From: Promethearchaeia archaeon
Lineage (GTDB): Archaea > Asgardarchaeota > Lokiarchaeia > Sigyniarchaeales > SOKP01
Assembly: GCA_029856155.1 (NCBI GenBank)
Contig: JAHQWL010000103.1
Coordinates: forward strand, 1-64,000
Direction of reading: 5' to 3'
DNA length: 64,000 nt
Part shown: piece by piece, positions 32,660 to 42,773 of the stretch
Position numbering within the stretch: the stretch's first letter is position 1
How the letters are laid out: each line of letters begins with the position of its first letter
Program-made: the position numbers and the translations under genes
The notes under the pieces: generated by a model
Told to the model about the DNA's origin: nothing
Seen by the model: the letters and a program-made list of their open reading frames with translations, nothing else
The model's database searches: none

Positions 32660-33799
32660 TCAAAAAGGAAAGTTGTAATGATCTAATCCAAGTTCTTTTT
32701 GCATTACTTTAATATCTTTTTGCAAACTTTTATTTAGTGGAATACCCATCTTTCTTCTTTCTAATTCAGAATAGTATTCTTTTTCCCCTGCTGTGTAGAT
32801 TTTTTCTTTCCCAGGTGCTTTTTTAGACCTTCTCAATTCTCGCATGATATTACCCGTTATTTCTTTAAAACGATCGATTGGTATGAAATTTTGAACGTTT
32901 ATTGCCAAAAAGAAATGCCCTACTTTTAATCTTTCTTGACCCTCTTCAATAACTCCCGCTGTATCTTTAAGATATACTCCATCTTGTAATGCAGAGCATA
33001 GTATTTCAGCAAAGGTTGCATAACCATATCCTTTATGACCCGAAGTAGCTTCTCCTTCACCTCCTAAAGGTAGTAAAGCCGCAGAACGGTTAACTAATTT
33101 GTTTAAAACCACACTAGGATCTGTTTTTGAATTACCATTATTAGAAATAATTAATCCCTCTGGTAAAGGCTTATGTAACCTATTATATACTTCTACTTTC
33201 CCTCTTTGAATAATAGAGGTTGCACAATCTAATAAAAATGGAAAACCTTCATCTGTAGGAGCACCATATGTTAGTGGATTTGTTCCTAGTATTGGCTCTG
33301 CTCCGAAGGTAGGTGGAACAGAAGGTCGTGTATTGGTAGTGACAAAACCTATCATTCCCTCTTTTATTGCCATGAGTGAATAATAACCAGCAACTCCAAA
33401 ATGAGAACTGTTACGTACTGCAACTGCTCCGAGACCATAATTTTTTGCTTTTTCAATTGCTAATCTCATAGCTAAATATGCTATAACATGTCCCATTCCA
33501 CAACCTCCATCTAAAACTGCTGTAGTAGCATCATCTCTGATAACTTGAATATTTGTTTTTGGATTATAAATACCCTGTTTAATTCTATCATAATACATTT
33601 TACATCTCTGAATTCCATGTGAATCAATACCTCTTAAATCGGATGTAATAAGAACATCAGCTATAATTTCTGCATGTCCTTCAGGAACTTCCAATTCAAT
33701 GAAAACATCTTTTATAAAATTCTTAAGAGTATCGACATCTACATAAACTATGTCTTCTGTGTGATTTAAGGGTGTTTCCTCTAGTAGTTTTTCTATCAT
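32660..33799 (-). CDS. Ldh_2-family (malate/L-lactate/sulfolactate) dehydrogenase
   Basis: DLRGIDSHG, HFGVAGYY, GTNP, DCATS, GHKGYG. Confidence 0.92.
   Translation of the reverse strand: MIEKLLEETPLNHTEDIVYVDVDTLKNFIKDVFIELEVPEGHAEIIADVLITSDLRGIDSHGIQRCKMYYDRIKQGIYNPKTNIQVIRDDATTAVLDGGCGMGHVIAYLAMRLAIEKAKNYGLGAVAVRNSSHFGVAGYYSLMAIKEGMIGFVTTNTRPSVPPTFGAEPILGTNPLTYGAPTDEGFPFLLDCATSIIQRGKVEVYNRLHKPLPEGLIISNNGNSKTDPSVVLNKLVNRSAALLPLGGEGEATSGHKGYGYATFAEILCSALQDGVYLKDTAGVIEEGQERLKVGHFFLAINVQNFIPIDRFKEITGNIMRELRRSKKAPGKEKIYTAGEKEYYSELERRKMGIPLNKSLQKDIKVMQKELGLDHYNFPF
32738..32825. repeat. 88-bp direct repeat, copy 1 (inside the Ldh_2 gene)
   Basis: 85/88 identical to 38991-39078 by manual alignment. 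Confidence 0.9.
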
Positions 33800-33847
33800 T
33801 TTCTTAAAGAATCAAAAAAAAGGTGATAGCATAGATTAGGAACCTTT

Positions 33848-33891
33848 CTATTTAATTAATATCCTATTTAATATAAGGTGAAAGTTAGTGA
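33848..33891. repeat. ~44-bp direct repeat, copy 1
   Basis: Exact 22-bp core ATCCTATTTAATATAAGGTGAA shared with 37751-37794. Confidence 0.75.
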
Positions 33892-34206
33892 ATAACAAAT
33901 AGTTCTCATTGAAAAGAAAAGACCTTTTTAATTAGAACCTTGAATACTTCTTAAAGGACTTAAAATAGCCTAATAGTCTAATTCTCTAGAATAAAGTAGT
34001 TTTTAACCTTCAATAGATTAATCTTTATCTTAAATTAAAAGTATAAAATTGAAACGATTAATAGGAATTTTTTAAAAATGGGATAAACTTTCTATAGTTA
34101 AAAGAAATTAATTTAATCGTGAAAGAAAACATTCATTTTATATTGGGAATGTTGTTCTGTCAAGGCTAAACAACTCAACTCGACCTTCGAATAGAGGCGA
34201 AAAAGC

Positions 34207-34479
34207 TTGGAAATACGAAAAGCATTTGAAAAAGTTAAACGGTTTGTGGATTGGGAATATAAACAAAAGCGCCCCAAATCAATCCAAGCTTTACGAGTGA
34301 AAAGTCAAACCATATTTACAATAGGTACCCTTCCTGATTATCAAATTAAAAGTATTGGCCCTGTAATTTTTATTGTTGTCTCTGATTATGGAGATTCGTT
34401 AACTGTTTATTTCTTTAATAAGTTTGGGGATAAATTGGGAAGCAAGAAATATGAACCAACCCCTAAATTTATAAATTAA
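34207..34479 (+). CDS. Hypothetical protein
   Basis: TTG start after GAGGCG SD-like element. Confidence 0.5.
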   Translation: MEIRKAFEKVKRFVDWEYKQKRPKSIQALRVKSQTIFTIGTLPDYQIKSIGPVIFIVVSDYGDSLTVYFFNKFGDKLGSKKYEPTPKFIN

Positions 34480-34914
34480 ATAATTTATTTCTTTACTTGT
34501 ATTAACAAACGCTTCAAAATTTTCTAATACACTTATATTAAAATCCTCCTGATTTCCTTGAATGACATCATAATAAGTTTTTCTTGGAGAAATTGGGCCA
34601 TAGTTCTCTACTTTTTTAAAGAAAGTTGCATTTTTTATCTTATTGCTATATTCTTCATAATATCTTAAATCAAGAGATAAGTTAATTCGGAATCTGTTTA
34701 ATTCAAAATACCCATTGTTCGATATACTAAAAGAAATTTTAACATCTGGACTTTCTGAGGAAGGATTTATGATGAAATAACTGTCAGGAATCTTGATACT
34801 TTCAATAGTTTGATATAGTGAAGCTAGCACTGAATAAAATAGAATTGTAAATGATAAACTATAGATTAGAATAGAAGAAATTAATAAATAGCTAATAAAT
34901 ATCTTCCTTTTCAT
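34399..34914 (-). CDS. Membrane-anchored hypothetical protein, probably 3'-truncated
   Basis: N-terminal TM; the last ~27 codons overlap the convergent gene. Confidence 0.45.
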   Translation of the reverse strand: MKRKIFISYLLISSILIYSLSFTILFYSVLASLYQTIESIKIPDSYFIINPSSESPDVKISFSISNNGYFELNRFRINLSLDLRYYEEYSNKIKNATFFKKVENYGPISPRKTYYDVIQGNQEDFNISVLENFEAFVNTSKEINYLIYKFRGWFIFLASQFIPKLIKEINS

Positions 34915-35031
34915 TTTCCTTACCTTAATTAGTATATTCATAGATTTTTAATTAAATTGTTTGTCCTTATTGTAAAATTAAAGTATTGTTGATATATAAA
35001 TATTTTTTTCAAAAAAAATCATTTTATGCTT

Positions 35032-35053
35032 CGGTTTGGTATTTACCAAACCG
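35032..35053. promoter_or_regulatory. Perfect palindrome, candidate operator between divergent genes
   Basis: CGGTTTGGTA-TT-TACCAAACCG. Confidence 0.55.
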
Positions 35054-35138
35054 TTAGTTTGTATTTTTCTTAACCATAATTTTAAATATAAGAACATTAT
35101 AATTAATTATAACTTCGACTAATTAGAAAGACAAACTT

Positions 35139-36329
35139 ATGAATAAGAGAAATTATATTCTAGTTTCTTTTTTATATCTGGCATCATTAGCATCATTACT
35201 CTCAACATATTCAATTTATACTGTTGGTTGGGGAAATGGAGCTGCCGTTTCTGATTATAACCCTTATAGTTATTCTTTTAATTTTCACTATGCGACACAT
35301 GATTGGATCCCTGAATCAGCTCTAGAGATTTTATTTCAAAAACTTTCTGGAGGTGAAAAGGGTTATGCGTTCGTTCAAGATTTGCATAATAACATTGATA
35401 ATTATAAAAATTATTTTCTTTTAGGAACTGAAATCCCTGATCGAAGATACAATCATGGAGCTATTTTTTCTATAAAGACGAAATGTGGATTAATAAGGCA
35501 TGATGATGTTACACAAAATAAGCATCAATTAAGGTTTACAGGAAATATGCTACAATCTGATAGACCATCCCAGTTTTTATGTATAGAGGTTAAAAGAATG
35601 GGTGATTCTGTTGTAAAAGCATTTGGGGAAAGAGATTGTCAAAAAGCTGCCTTTTTCTTAGGTTGTATGTCTCATTATATAGCTGATGCAACATTTTATA
35701 CTCATCTAATTAATAATGAAAACTCTCATACTTCGTATTTAAATAAAGTCCAATCAATAACTAAGACTCGCTATTCTTATGCAGATATTAAAAGACAGCT
35801 TGAATTTTTTAATATCATAGAATCCTATGATTCATTTCATAGTAATATCAAAAAGAAACCTTATGATTCTGCATATTTAGCAGGTTTAGACACCAGATAT
35901 GGCAATTATTATTTACAATCTTTTATTTCTACTCAATATGAAAATGCTGAATGGCTAGATTTTTACGCTCCTTCAGGATCAGATCCAAAATTCTGGAACT
36001 TGCCCGGTTTCAATCCAATAAATAGACCCACTTCTGGAAATGCAAAGAAATATTTTGATACAGTAGAACACAATTTAAATACTGCAATTTATTATACTGC
36101 TGCTGCTATTAATTTTTTAATAGATAATTATAATGGTAAAAATTGTCAAGGAGATGGAGATCAATATAATCCAATGGATCCTTTTGGGGGAGTTGTTGGT
36201 GATAAAGTCGGTGTTAGAGTGAAAGAATATACGTTTTTATTCCTTTGGCAGTTTATGGGAATGATATCAATCATAACAGCAATGACCATAGTAAAGCAAC
36301 TTAAAGTTGTGGCTCCATTACTCTTTTAA
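35139..36329 (+). CDS. Secreted, membrane-anchored Zn-dependent phospholipase C/P1-nuclease-fold protein
   Basis: Signal peptide; THDWI, LGTEIPD, LGCMSHYIAD...H; C-terminal TM. Confidence 0.7.
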   Translation: MNKRNYILVSFLYLASLASLLSTYSIYTVGWGNGAAVSDYNPYSYSFNFHYATHDWIPESALEILFQKLSGGEKGYAFVQDLHNNIDNYKNYFLLGTEIPDRRYNHGAIFSIKTKCGLIRHDDVTQNKHQLRFTGNMLQSDRPSQFLCIEVKRMGDSVVKAFGERDCQKAAFFLGCMSHYIADATFYTHLINNENSHTSYLNKVQSITKTRYSYADIKRQLEFFNIIESYDSFHSNIKKKPYDSAYLAGLDTRYGNYYLQSFISTQYENAEWLDFYAPSGSDPKFWNLPGFNPINRPTSGNAKKYFDTVEHNLNTAIYYTAAAINFLIDNYNGKNCQGDGDQYNPMDPFGGVVGDKVGVRVKEYTFLFLWQFMGMISIITAMTIVKQLKVVAPLLF

Positions 36330-36386
36330 TAGATTAAATTTTTGCTACAGTCTATATATTTATATTCAAAAGATTTCTAGTATTTA

Positions 36387-37475
36387 TTGAACATGTGTAA
36401 AGAAAAATACGTTACATTAAAGGGCGGAGATAAAAAAGAAAAATGTTATATGAAACAAGGAAGACTCCCTAATGAATCATTGTCTGACCCATTAAACCGT
36501 AGCTTTAATTATCTTGATCTTTCTAATAAAATAATCAAAGATATATCATTTATTGAGAATCTTGAAAAACTGAGTGAATTAGAAGCGCTATATCTTGACC
36601 TCACATGTCTTAAGAATATTCAAAACCTTGATTCATTAACTAATCTGAAAATGTTAAGTCTTCTAGGAAATCCAATAACAGAAATTTCAGGTCTAGATAA
36701 ATTTCACAATCTAGAAGTTCTAAATCTAAATTACTGCGAAATCTCAGAAATAAAGAATCTTGAAAAGCTAACTAATTTAAAACAATTGCATCTCATGGGT
36801 AATCGACTTACTGAAATTAAAGGACTAGATAATCTTGGAAAGCTCGAGGTTTTAGAGCTCGGAAACAATCAGATCTCAGAAATCTCAGGGCTTGAAAATA
36901 ATAGAAATCTAAAATGTTTAAACTTTGTAGATTTTGAAGAAGGTAAAGGCAATTTAATTAAAGAGATTACAGGTTTAACAAATCTTAAAAATTTGGAGCA
37001 TTTATTTATTGCGTATAATAGACTTTCAAAAATTACTAATTTGGACTCTTTAGTGAAATTAATATATTTAGATTTGAGAAGCAATCAAATATCTGGAATT
37101 GAGGGTCTAGATAATTTAATTAATTTGCTGGAGTTAGATCTTTCAGATAATAAAATCGTCGAGATCAAAGGTTTAGATAAACTCACTAATTTGATAGTCT
37201 TAGATCTTTCAGATAATTTAATTACTGAGATTAAGGGCTTAGATGAACTCACTAATTTAAGGCATCTATATCTTAGCTCAAATTATATTAAAGAGATAAA
37301 AGGGGTTGCCAATTTGCCAAAATTAATAGAATTGGAGCTTTTAGGGAATGAAGTTTCAAAAATTCCAACTTTCGGGTATCCTCCTCATTTAGAGACGATT
37401 TACCTTTCTTCCAATATGATTTCTCAAGAAAAATTAGAGAATTTGAAAAGTAATAAAATGTTTCATATTTTGTAG
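36387..37475 (+). CDS. Leucine-rich repeat protein (Sds22/internalin-type)
   Basis: About 12 22-residue repeats LxxLxxLxLxxNxIxEIxG. Confidence 0.92.
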   Translation: MNMCKEKYVTLKGGDKKEKCYMKQGRLPNESLSDPLNRSFNYLDLSNKIIKDISFIENLEKLSELEALYLDLTCLKNIQNLDSLTNLKMLSLLGNPITEISGLDKFHNLEVLNLNYCEISEIKNLEKLTNLKQLHLMGNRLTEIKGLDNLGKLEVLELGNNQISEISGLENNRNLKCLNFVDFEEGKGNLIKEITGLTNLKNLEHLFIAYNRLSKITNLDSLVKLIYLDLRSNQISGIEGLDNLINLLELDLSDNKIVEIKGLDKLTNLIVLDLSDNLITEIKGLDELTNLRHLYLSSNYIKEIKGVANLPKLIELELLGNEVSKIPTFGYPPHLETIYLSSNMISQEKLENLKSNKMFHIL

Positions 37476-37750
37476 AAATTAATATTTTTAGAAATTCCGA
37501 CTCTAATGAATGTTGAAAAATGACGTATATATATCAAAAAAAGAACCTATTTAAAGGTTTGATTAACTATATAAAAATTATTTTTAATAATATAAAACTC
37601 AATAATAAGGCAATAAGGTAAGTTTCTCATATTTAATTTCTATTAATGTTCTTTTTATAGAAAAAATAAGGATTATTAGCTGTTTTGGTTGGAATATTCC
37701 TTGCTTATTACTTTGTTACAAGATTTTACGAAAAGAAAAAACAAAGAAAA

Positions 37751-37794
37751 CTATTTAATCAAAATCCTATTTAATATAAGGTGAATAATAGTGA
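37751..37794. repeat. ~44-bp direct repeat, copy 2
   Basis: Matches 33848-33891. Confidence 0.75.
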
Positions 37795-37932
37795 TTCAGA
37801 TGTCTTTTTTAATATTTTATTTTGGTTTTTTTAATAATTTAATATGTTTGAAAAGAGCTAAAATTTTTATAGCAATTTATTAATTTATAATTTATAGGCA
37901 GAAATTTTCTTAAAATGAAATTAAAAAGTAGT

Positions 37933-38080
37933 CAATTTAATAAAAAAAAGGCTCCTGTCAACCCTGGATTTTTGTCTTTTGGTTGTGTAAGTAATTACAT
38001 AAAAAAATAACCTACTATACCTTTTTAAAATTTTTGCCTTGTATTGAGGCTTATTGGCAGGAGCCTCCTTTATTAATTTG
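37933..38080. other. Intergenic element bounded by inverted repeats (MITE-like or structured RNA)
   Basis: AGGCTCCTGTCAA (37949-37961) and TTGGCAGGAGCCT (38054-38066), with imperfect AT-rich outer extensions. Confidence 0.4.
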
Positions 38081-38144
38081 TAATTTTGAACAATTTTTAA
38101 GTTAAAAGAAAAGATCTAAATCTCTATAGAGACTAATATTATCT

Positions 38145-38990
38145 CTATAATAAAAGAAAAGTTCCTAACAGATATGTATCTAAATTTAAATCTTTTAAGA
38201 GTTTCATATTGTTATAAAGATAAGTATAAATGTTTTCCTCGCTAAAATATTTAAAACACGAATTGTTCCCTTTTACTTCCCTTAAGATATTTACAATTTT
38301 AGTAAGTATCTTTTTTAGATTTTTAATAACCAAATCAGTATCACTTTTAATTAAATTAATGTCTCTAATATTAAACCATGATTCTTTGCTAAAAGAAATA
38401 TTCTTTAACTCAGGTTTATCCTGCATATCTTTGTGGTTTTTGAAATCAATACAAAAGTTTTCAATTTTCTCCAGAATCAAATTTTTTGATTTGGTATACA
38501 TTTTGTTTTCTACAACATTTCTTAGCATTATTAAAATTTTTTGGAAAATGCCTAAAATATCAAAAAAGTCAGCTACTTTTCCTAAATTTTCCACTTCTCC
38601 CCATTGGTCATAGTAATCTTCAATCTCATTAAGAAATGGCAGAAAAATATTGATATTTCCATCCCAATTATGTCCTTTTTTCTCCCAAACAGGATCAAAC
38701 TGTTTTACAAATGCGTTTCTAATAACATTTAATCTACCTAACAAGAGTTCAGTTTTTATGTGTTTTGTGTCTGCTGCAACGAAAAGCAACTTATACTTCT
38801 CTTCTAATATATAAACCCATCTTAACCCACCCATTTCTATAGAATCTAAGGATTCTTTAAATTCAACCATTGAGAAGTGGTGGAATGCTGTTAAAAAACC
38901 AGAAACTATATCTTCGTCGGCATCTGTTTTTAAAAAGGACTTATATAATAATTTAACTCCTGATTCAGCATCCATTATCCATATAATCAT
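38145..38990 (-). CDS. Longin-like domain protein
   Basis: MIIWIMDAESGVKLLY...DEDIVSGFLTAF; likely start 38990. Confidence 0.7.
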   Translation of the reverse strand: MIIWIMDAESGVKLLYKSFLKTDADEDIVSGFLTAFHHFSMVEFKESLDSIEMGGLRWVYILEEKYKLLFVAADTKHIKTELLLGRLNVIRNAFVKQFDPVWEKKGHNWDGNINIFLPFLNEIEDYYDQWGEVENLGKVADFFDILGIFQKILIMLRNVVENKMYTKSKNLILEKIENFCIDFKNHKDMQDKPELKNISFSKESWFNIRDINLIKSDTDLVIKNLKKILTKIVNILREVKGNNSCFKYFSEENIYTYLYNNMKLLKDLNLDTYLLGTFLLL

Positions 38991-39078
38991 TGGAATACCC
39001 GTCTTTCTTCTTTCTAATTCAGAATAGCATTCTTTTTCTCCTGCTGTGTAGATTTTTTCTTTCCCAGGTGCTTTTTTA
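38991..39078. repeat. 88-bp direct repeat, copy 2 (Ldh_2 coding fragment abutting the longin-gene ATG)
   Basis: 85/88 identical to 32738-32825. Confidence 0.9.
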
Positions 39079-39295
39079 AAAATATAGGCTACTCTATATG
39101 AGGAGATAAATATGTTAATCTTATAAATTATTTTAAACTTGAGAATCAATATTAGATAGAGGAGGAAACTTTTAAACTTTGAATTTCTCCAATCTAATCT
39201 TTTTATAACAAAGTTTTTTAAATAGAAAATTTTACAGCACTGTCACTATTTTTATATACATGGTATTTTTATAATTATTTTCAAATTTGATATTC

Positions 39296-39550
39296 ATGAG
39301 AACTATTTTTAATATAGCTCCTAATTATTATTGCCCACGGTGTAAATCAACTGAAATCGTTGATCATGGGGAATATATCGAATGTCCAAAATGTTGTTTG
39401 GATTTTTTTAAGGAACACATTGGAGAAATCAATGTTGAGAATATTTTAGCAGAGCAAGAATTAAATGGGTTTATTAATTCATTTGAGGATCTAAAAGATA
39501 ATAAAATTCGTAAAAATTTTTTAAAATCTTTAAAAGATGATAATTTTTAG
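39296..39550 (+). CDS. Small TFIIB-type Zn-ribbon protein with acidic tail (paralogue of 48049-48273)
   Basis: YYCPRCKSTEIVDHGEYIECPKC...ENILAEQEL. Confidence 0.7.
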   Translation: MRTIFNIAPNYYCPRCKSTEIVDHGEYIECPKCCLDFFKEHIGEINVENILAEQELNGFINSFEDLKDNKIRKNFLKSLKDDNF

Positions 39551-39592
39551 TTAAGAAGTAATTAATGATTTCTCAGATCGTTTAAGCTAATA

Positions 39593-41227
39593 TTACTTCT
39601 TTCCATTTTCCCGTATTATGAATTTTCCATTAACATATAAGCAGGTAAGACGATTTCTAAATATCCAATCACTACCAAATTCATCCCAATATTCCCTAAA
39701 TAGATCATTAGTAAGAAATTTAGACTTTTCTGCCTTTGCGACTTCTAAAACATATTCATCGGCTTTCGTGCCCGCGGGAGATTGTACTACAATTCCATCT
39801 TCAATTAGTCCTTCATAAAGACTTTTATCATCCATTTTATGTTTCGTAGAAGCATCTGCTATCATTGTGGGAGTATATCCCATTGAAAATACTGCTCTGT
39901 GGACTTTAATGATATTCTCAACCTTCAATTCCTGATTTTCATTCTTATCTTGGTACAAGATATTTGCTAAATCAACTATAATCATCTTATTGGGACTTTG
40001 AATAGATGTTTTTTCATCATGATTAAATTTTATGTCTACTACTTCTTTTTTATTAAGTAAATTGTCTAATTCTGAAATTTTTTCTAAGAAATAAGAGTAA
40101 TCTTCAGGAGATAAAGTGATTTTTGAAGTACTACATCGTTCTAAATCGTCTAAACAATTAAAAATCCATTGCTCAAATTTATTCCACTCAGTATTGAAGG
40201 ACGGTATTTCTTCTGATGCGATTTTCTTTGTAGTTTTCTTAATTTCAGATATATTGGGTTTTGATAATGATGGTTTCTGTTTTATATCTAACTTTTTTAA
40301 TATCATTTCAAAGTCTAGTTGGTCTGACTCAGTTAATTGATAATATGATATGTTCATTTGGTTCCATTCATTTATGAAATCCTCTGGAATACCATTTTGC
40401 CAATGATGATTTCGCAAATAGTTATAGAGTTTTTGAGGATTATATAACTCCTCTAATTCTAAATGGGCAGGATTCACTCTTTTGGAGCGAAAATTATGAA
40501 GAAGCTGGACAAACTCTTTTCCAATTTGTCTATTTGTAGTTATTATTATATCATATTCATCTGAAAAATCTTTTAATGCTTGTGGCGGTTTAAATTTTAT
40601 ATTTTTAATATCTGGAAGATTGATATCATAATAGCGACTTGTAAAATCCAAAATTGAATTCCAATATTTTTTATTATACTCACGTAATATATCAGGAAGG
40701 GTTTCCAAATTTCCACTTTGATTTAACTCCTTAAAAATTCTACTAGCAACAATTTTAATTTTCTGAATGTTTTCTTGTAAGAGAGTTTCATCTTGCGATG
40801 TTGAGATAAGATGATTTTCAAATTCTAAATCAGAATCATCAATATCATAATTTAGAAATTGATTATTTTTCTTATTAAAAAAAATAAATCTACTTCCGTT
40901 TGCTAAACTACTAATATTTTCATTTGAGTTAATAACACATCGAATCCCTTCTAAATTCATTAATTCCTTCACTTTATCTCGATCTACATTATATATAAAA
41001 TAGAGTGTGGGATTTTGAGAATAAGAATTGGTTGACTCAAACTCCAGTATTTCTTTAAGGTTATGTAGAGCTGTAGATTCAAGATCAACTATGTTATATC
41101 CTGCGGTAAAAATTTCAAGACCATGAAGATGCTTCATGTCAACATAGGGAAATATCACTAAATTTCTCTGTTGAAAAAAAAGGATATTTAAAAACTCTGG
41201 TCGAATGAAATCTGAGCTTGTATCCAT
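39593..41227 (-). CDS. Protein with C-terminal Zc3h12a/Regnase-like NYN (PIN) ribonuclease domain
   Basis: IIVDLANI...IADAS...PAGTKADEYVL...FLTNDLFREY. Confidence 0.78.
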   Translation of the reverse strand: MDTSSDFIRPEFLNILFFQQRNLVIFPYVDMKHLHGLEIFTAGYNIVDLESTALHNLKEILEFESTNSYSQNPTLYFIYNVDRDKVKELMNLEGIRCVINSNENISSLANGSRFIFFNKKNNQFLNYDIDDSDLEFENHLISTSQDETLLQENIQKIKIVASRIFKELNQSGNLETLPDILREYNKKYWNSILDFTSRYYDINLPDIKNIKFKPPQALKDFSDEYDIIITTNRQIGKEFVQLLHNFRSKRVNPAHLELEELYNPQKLYNYLRNHHWQNGIPEDFINEWNQMNISYYQLTESDQLDFEMILKKLDIKQKPSLSKPNISEIKKTTKKIASEEIPSFNTEWNKFEQWIFNCLDDLERCSTSKITLSPEDYSYFLEKISELDNLLNKKEVVDIKFNHDEKTSIQSPNKMIIVDLANILYQDKNENQELKVENIIKVHRAVFSMGYTPTMIADASTKHKMDDKSLYEGLIEDGIVVQSPAGTKADEYVLEVAKAEKSKFLTNDLFREYWDEFGSDWIFRNRLTCLYVNGKFIIRENGKK

Positions 41228-41249
41228 TCCTTCACCATTAATCAGCTAA

Positions 41250-41912
41250 TTATTCTTTAAAATAGTTAAAAATAACTTGAAGTATTAAATCCTTAAAACA
41301 TTGTACAACATTTTTTCCTTGCAATGCCTCTGCGGGATAAACTATATATGATCCATCTGGATATCTCTCTTGAAGCGGAAGTCCTAAATGAAGTTTGAAA
41401 TCTTTCACTGTGATTGCATCTTTTAAGTCTCGTTTGTTTAACTGAATTAAGTATGGGATTTCTTTTGGTTTAGCAAAACTCACCAGCTCTCGAAAACTTC
41501 TTTTATTTTGTTCTATTTTTTCTGGATCTGAATCTCCAATAAACATAATCCCATCAGCCCCATCCAATACATACTCACGAGTCGAAAGGAATCGTTCTTG
41601 ACCAGTGCACGTGACTACATGGCATATTATATTAAATCTAACATCATGTAGACTGAATTTAAATAATAAATATAGAGAATCTTCCCATAGTGTTCTTCCT
41701 TCAGTAGTTTCAATAGAATACCCGCGAGTTAATTTGAGCAAATCGAACTTTTCACGTAATCGAAAAAAATTTGTTGTTTTTCCACTTTCTCCTGGACCCC
41801 AATATACTATCTTAAACTGAATCATATTCTCAGAATCGTTGAAGTCAAAATCTTCACTTACTTCAACTTTTATCTTATCAAACTTACCTGGATTTCTCTG
41901 TTCTAATTCCAT
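41250..41912 (-). CDS. MglA-family small GTPase
   Basis: KIVYWGPGESGKTTN, GRTL arginine finger, TCTGQ, VLDGADG, NKRDL. Confidence 0.88.
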   Translation of the reverse strand: MELEQRNPGKFDKIKVEVSEDFDFNDSENMIQFKIVYWGPGESGKTTNFFRLREKFDLLKLTRGYSIETTEGRTLWEDSLYLLFKFSLHDVRFNIICHVVTCTGQERFLSTREYVLDGADGIMFIGDSDPEKIEQNKRSFRELVSFAKPKEIPYLIQLNKRDLKDAITVKDFKLHLGLPLQERYPDGSYIVYPAEALQGKNVVQCFKDLILQVIFNYFKE

Positions 41913-41935
41913 TTAATCACCTGAGAGGAGGTAAT

Positions 41936-42484
41936 TTAAGAGATAGATCCAATTTTATCTGAGAATATTTGCTTTTTTAAATCTTTGATATGTTCTTTTA
42001 TTTCCTTCTCTGGCATTCTTAAGACATTCTTCATATGTTCATTTCTTTCAATTTCTTCTCTAATTTTCTGAGCGAATTTGCTCATTTGGAGGATCATCAC
42101 ACCTAAATTTACCTCGTTGTCCGTTAATAGAACAATTAGAATATCTCGTTTTCCCTTCTTTTGAAGTTCAATGTTTCCAATCGATTTTACAAACAATCGC
42201 ATATCGCTATAAATTATAGTCGCACGTTCTAAGGATTCTGTATCAAAAAAATCTTGACCCTGTCTTGCTACACCGTATAAGGCTGCCCCGATTGAACTTA
42301 AGTCCCAATAATTTAATTTTCGATCAAATCGAGAATCTATAGCAACAATTTTTGCATCTTGATCGATTGCAATTAGACCATAAATATATCCCTTCCTTGT
42401 TAGTTTTCCATACTGATATCTTATATCATCCAACACTTCAGTTATCTTGTTTTTATATAAAACTTTTGGTATATGAGTTATCAT
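41936..42484 (-). CDS. Roadblock/LC7 (MglB-like) protein
   Basis: GLIAIDQDAKIVA...LSSIGAALYGVA...NEVNLGVM; directly upstream of the MglA-like gene. Confidence 0.75.
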   Translation of the reverse strand: MITHIPKVLYKNKITEVLDDIRYQYGKLTRKGYIYGLIAIDQDAKIVAIDSRFDRKLNYWDLSSIGAALYGVARQGQDFFDTESLERATIIYSDMRLFVKSIGNIELQKKGKRDILIVLLTDNEVNLGVMILQMSKFAQKIREEIERNEHMKNVLRMPEKEIKEHIKDLKKQIFSDKIGSIS

Positions 42485-42535
42485 CTTAGTTTTCCTATAT
42501 AATATATTTTTATTGTAATGATATATCGTGAGGAA

Positions 42536-42550
42536 TATATAAAGAAAAAA
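42536..42550 (-). promoter_or_regulatory. T-tract/TATA island promoter motif (roadblock-GTPase-RNase operon)
   Basis: TTTTTTCTTTATATA, 52 nt upstream of ATG 42484. Confidence 0.65.
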
Positions 42551-42773
42551 TTTGTGAACCCAAAAAACAAAAGCTAAAGCTCTCGATAGCTGAAGTTTTA
42601 AAGAATTATCTTCATAATTATAACCAGAAACAAGAAATATCTAAGGAGTCAAGTATTGTGAGATTAACTAAAAGGAATAGGAAACTTTCAATTAATGAGT
42701 AAAAGAAACAAGAATTAGGTGTCAATCAAATAATCTGACCTACACCTTCTCCTACTCTTAAATTTAAATCAAT

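Noticed and set aside
36500-37400. 66-bp periodicity resembling a repeat array or CRISPR
   Set aside because: It is the coding LRR repeat; there are no identical repeats with unique spacers.
38991-39149. 53-aa N-terminal extension of tracked ORF 38145-39149
   Set aside because: Made of the duplicated Ldh_2 fragment plus AT-rich intergenic sequence; the longin domain begins at ATG 38990.
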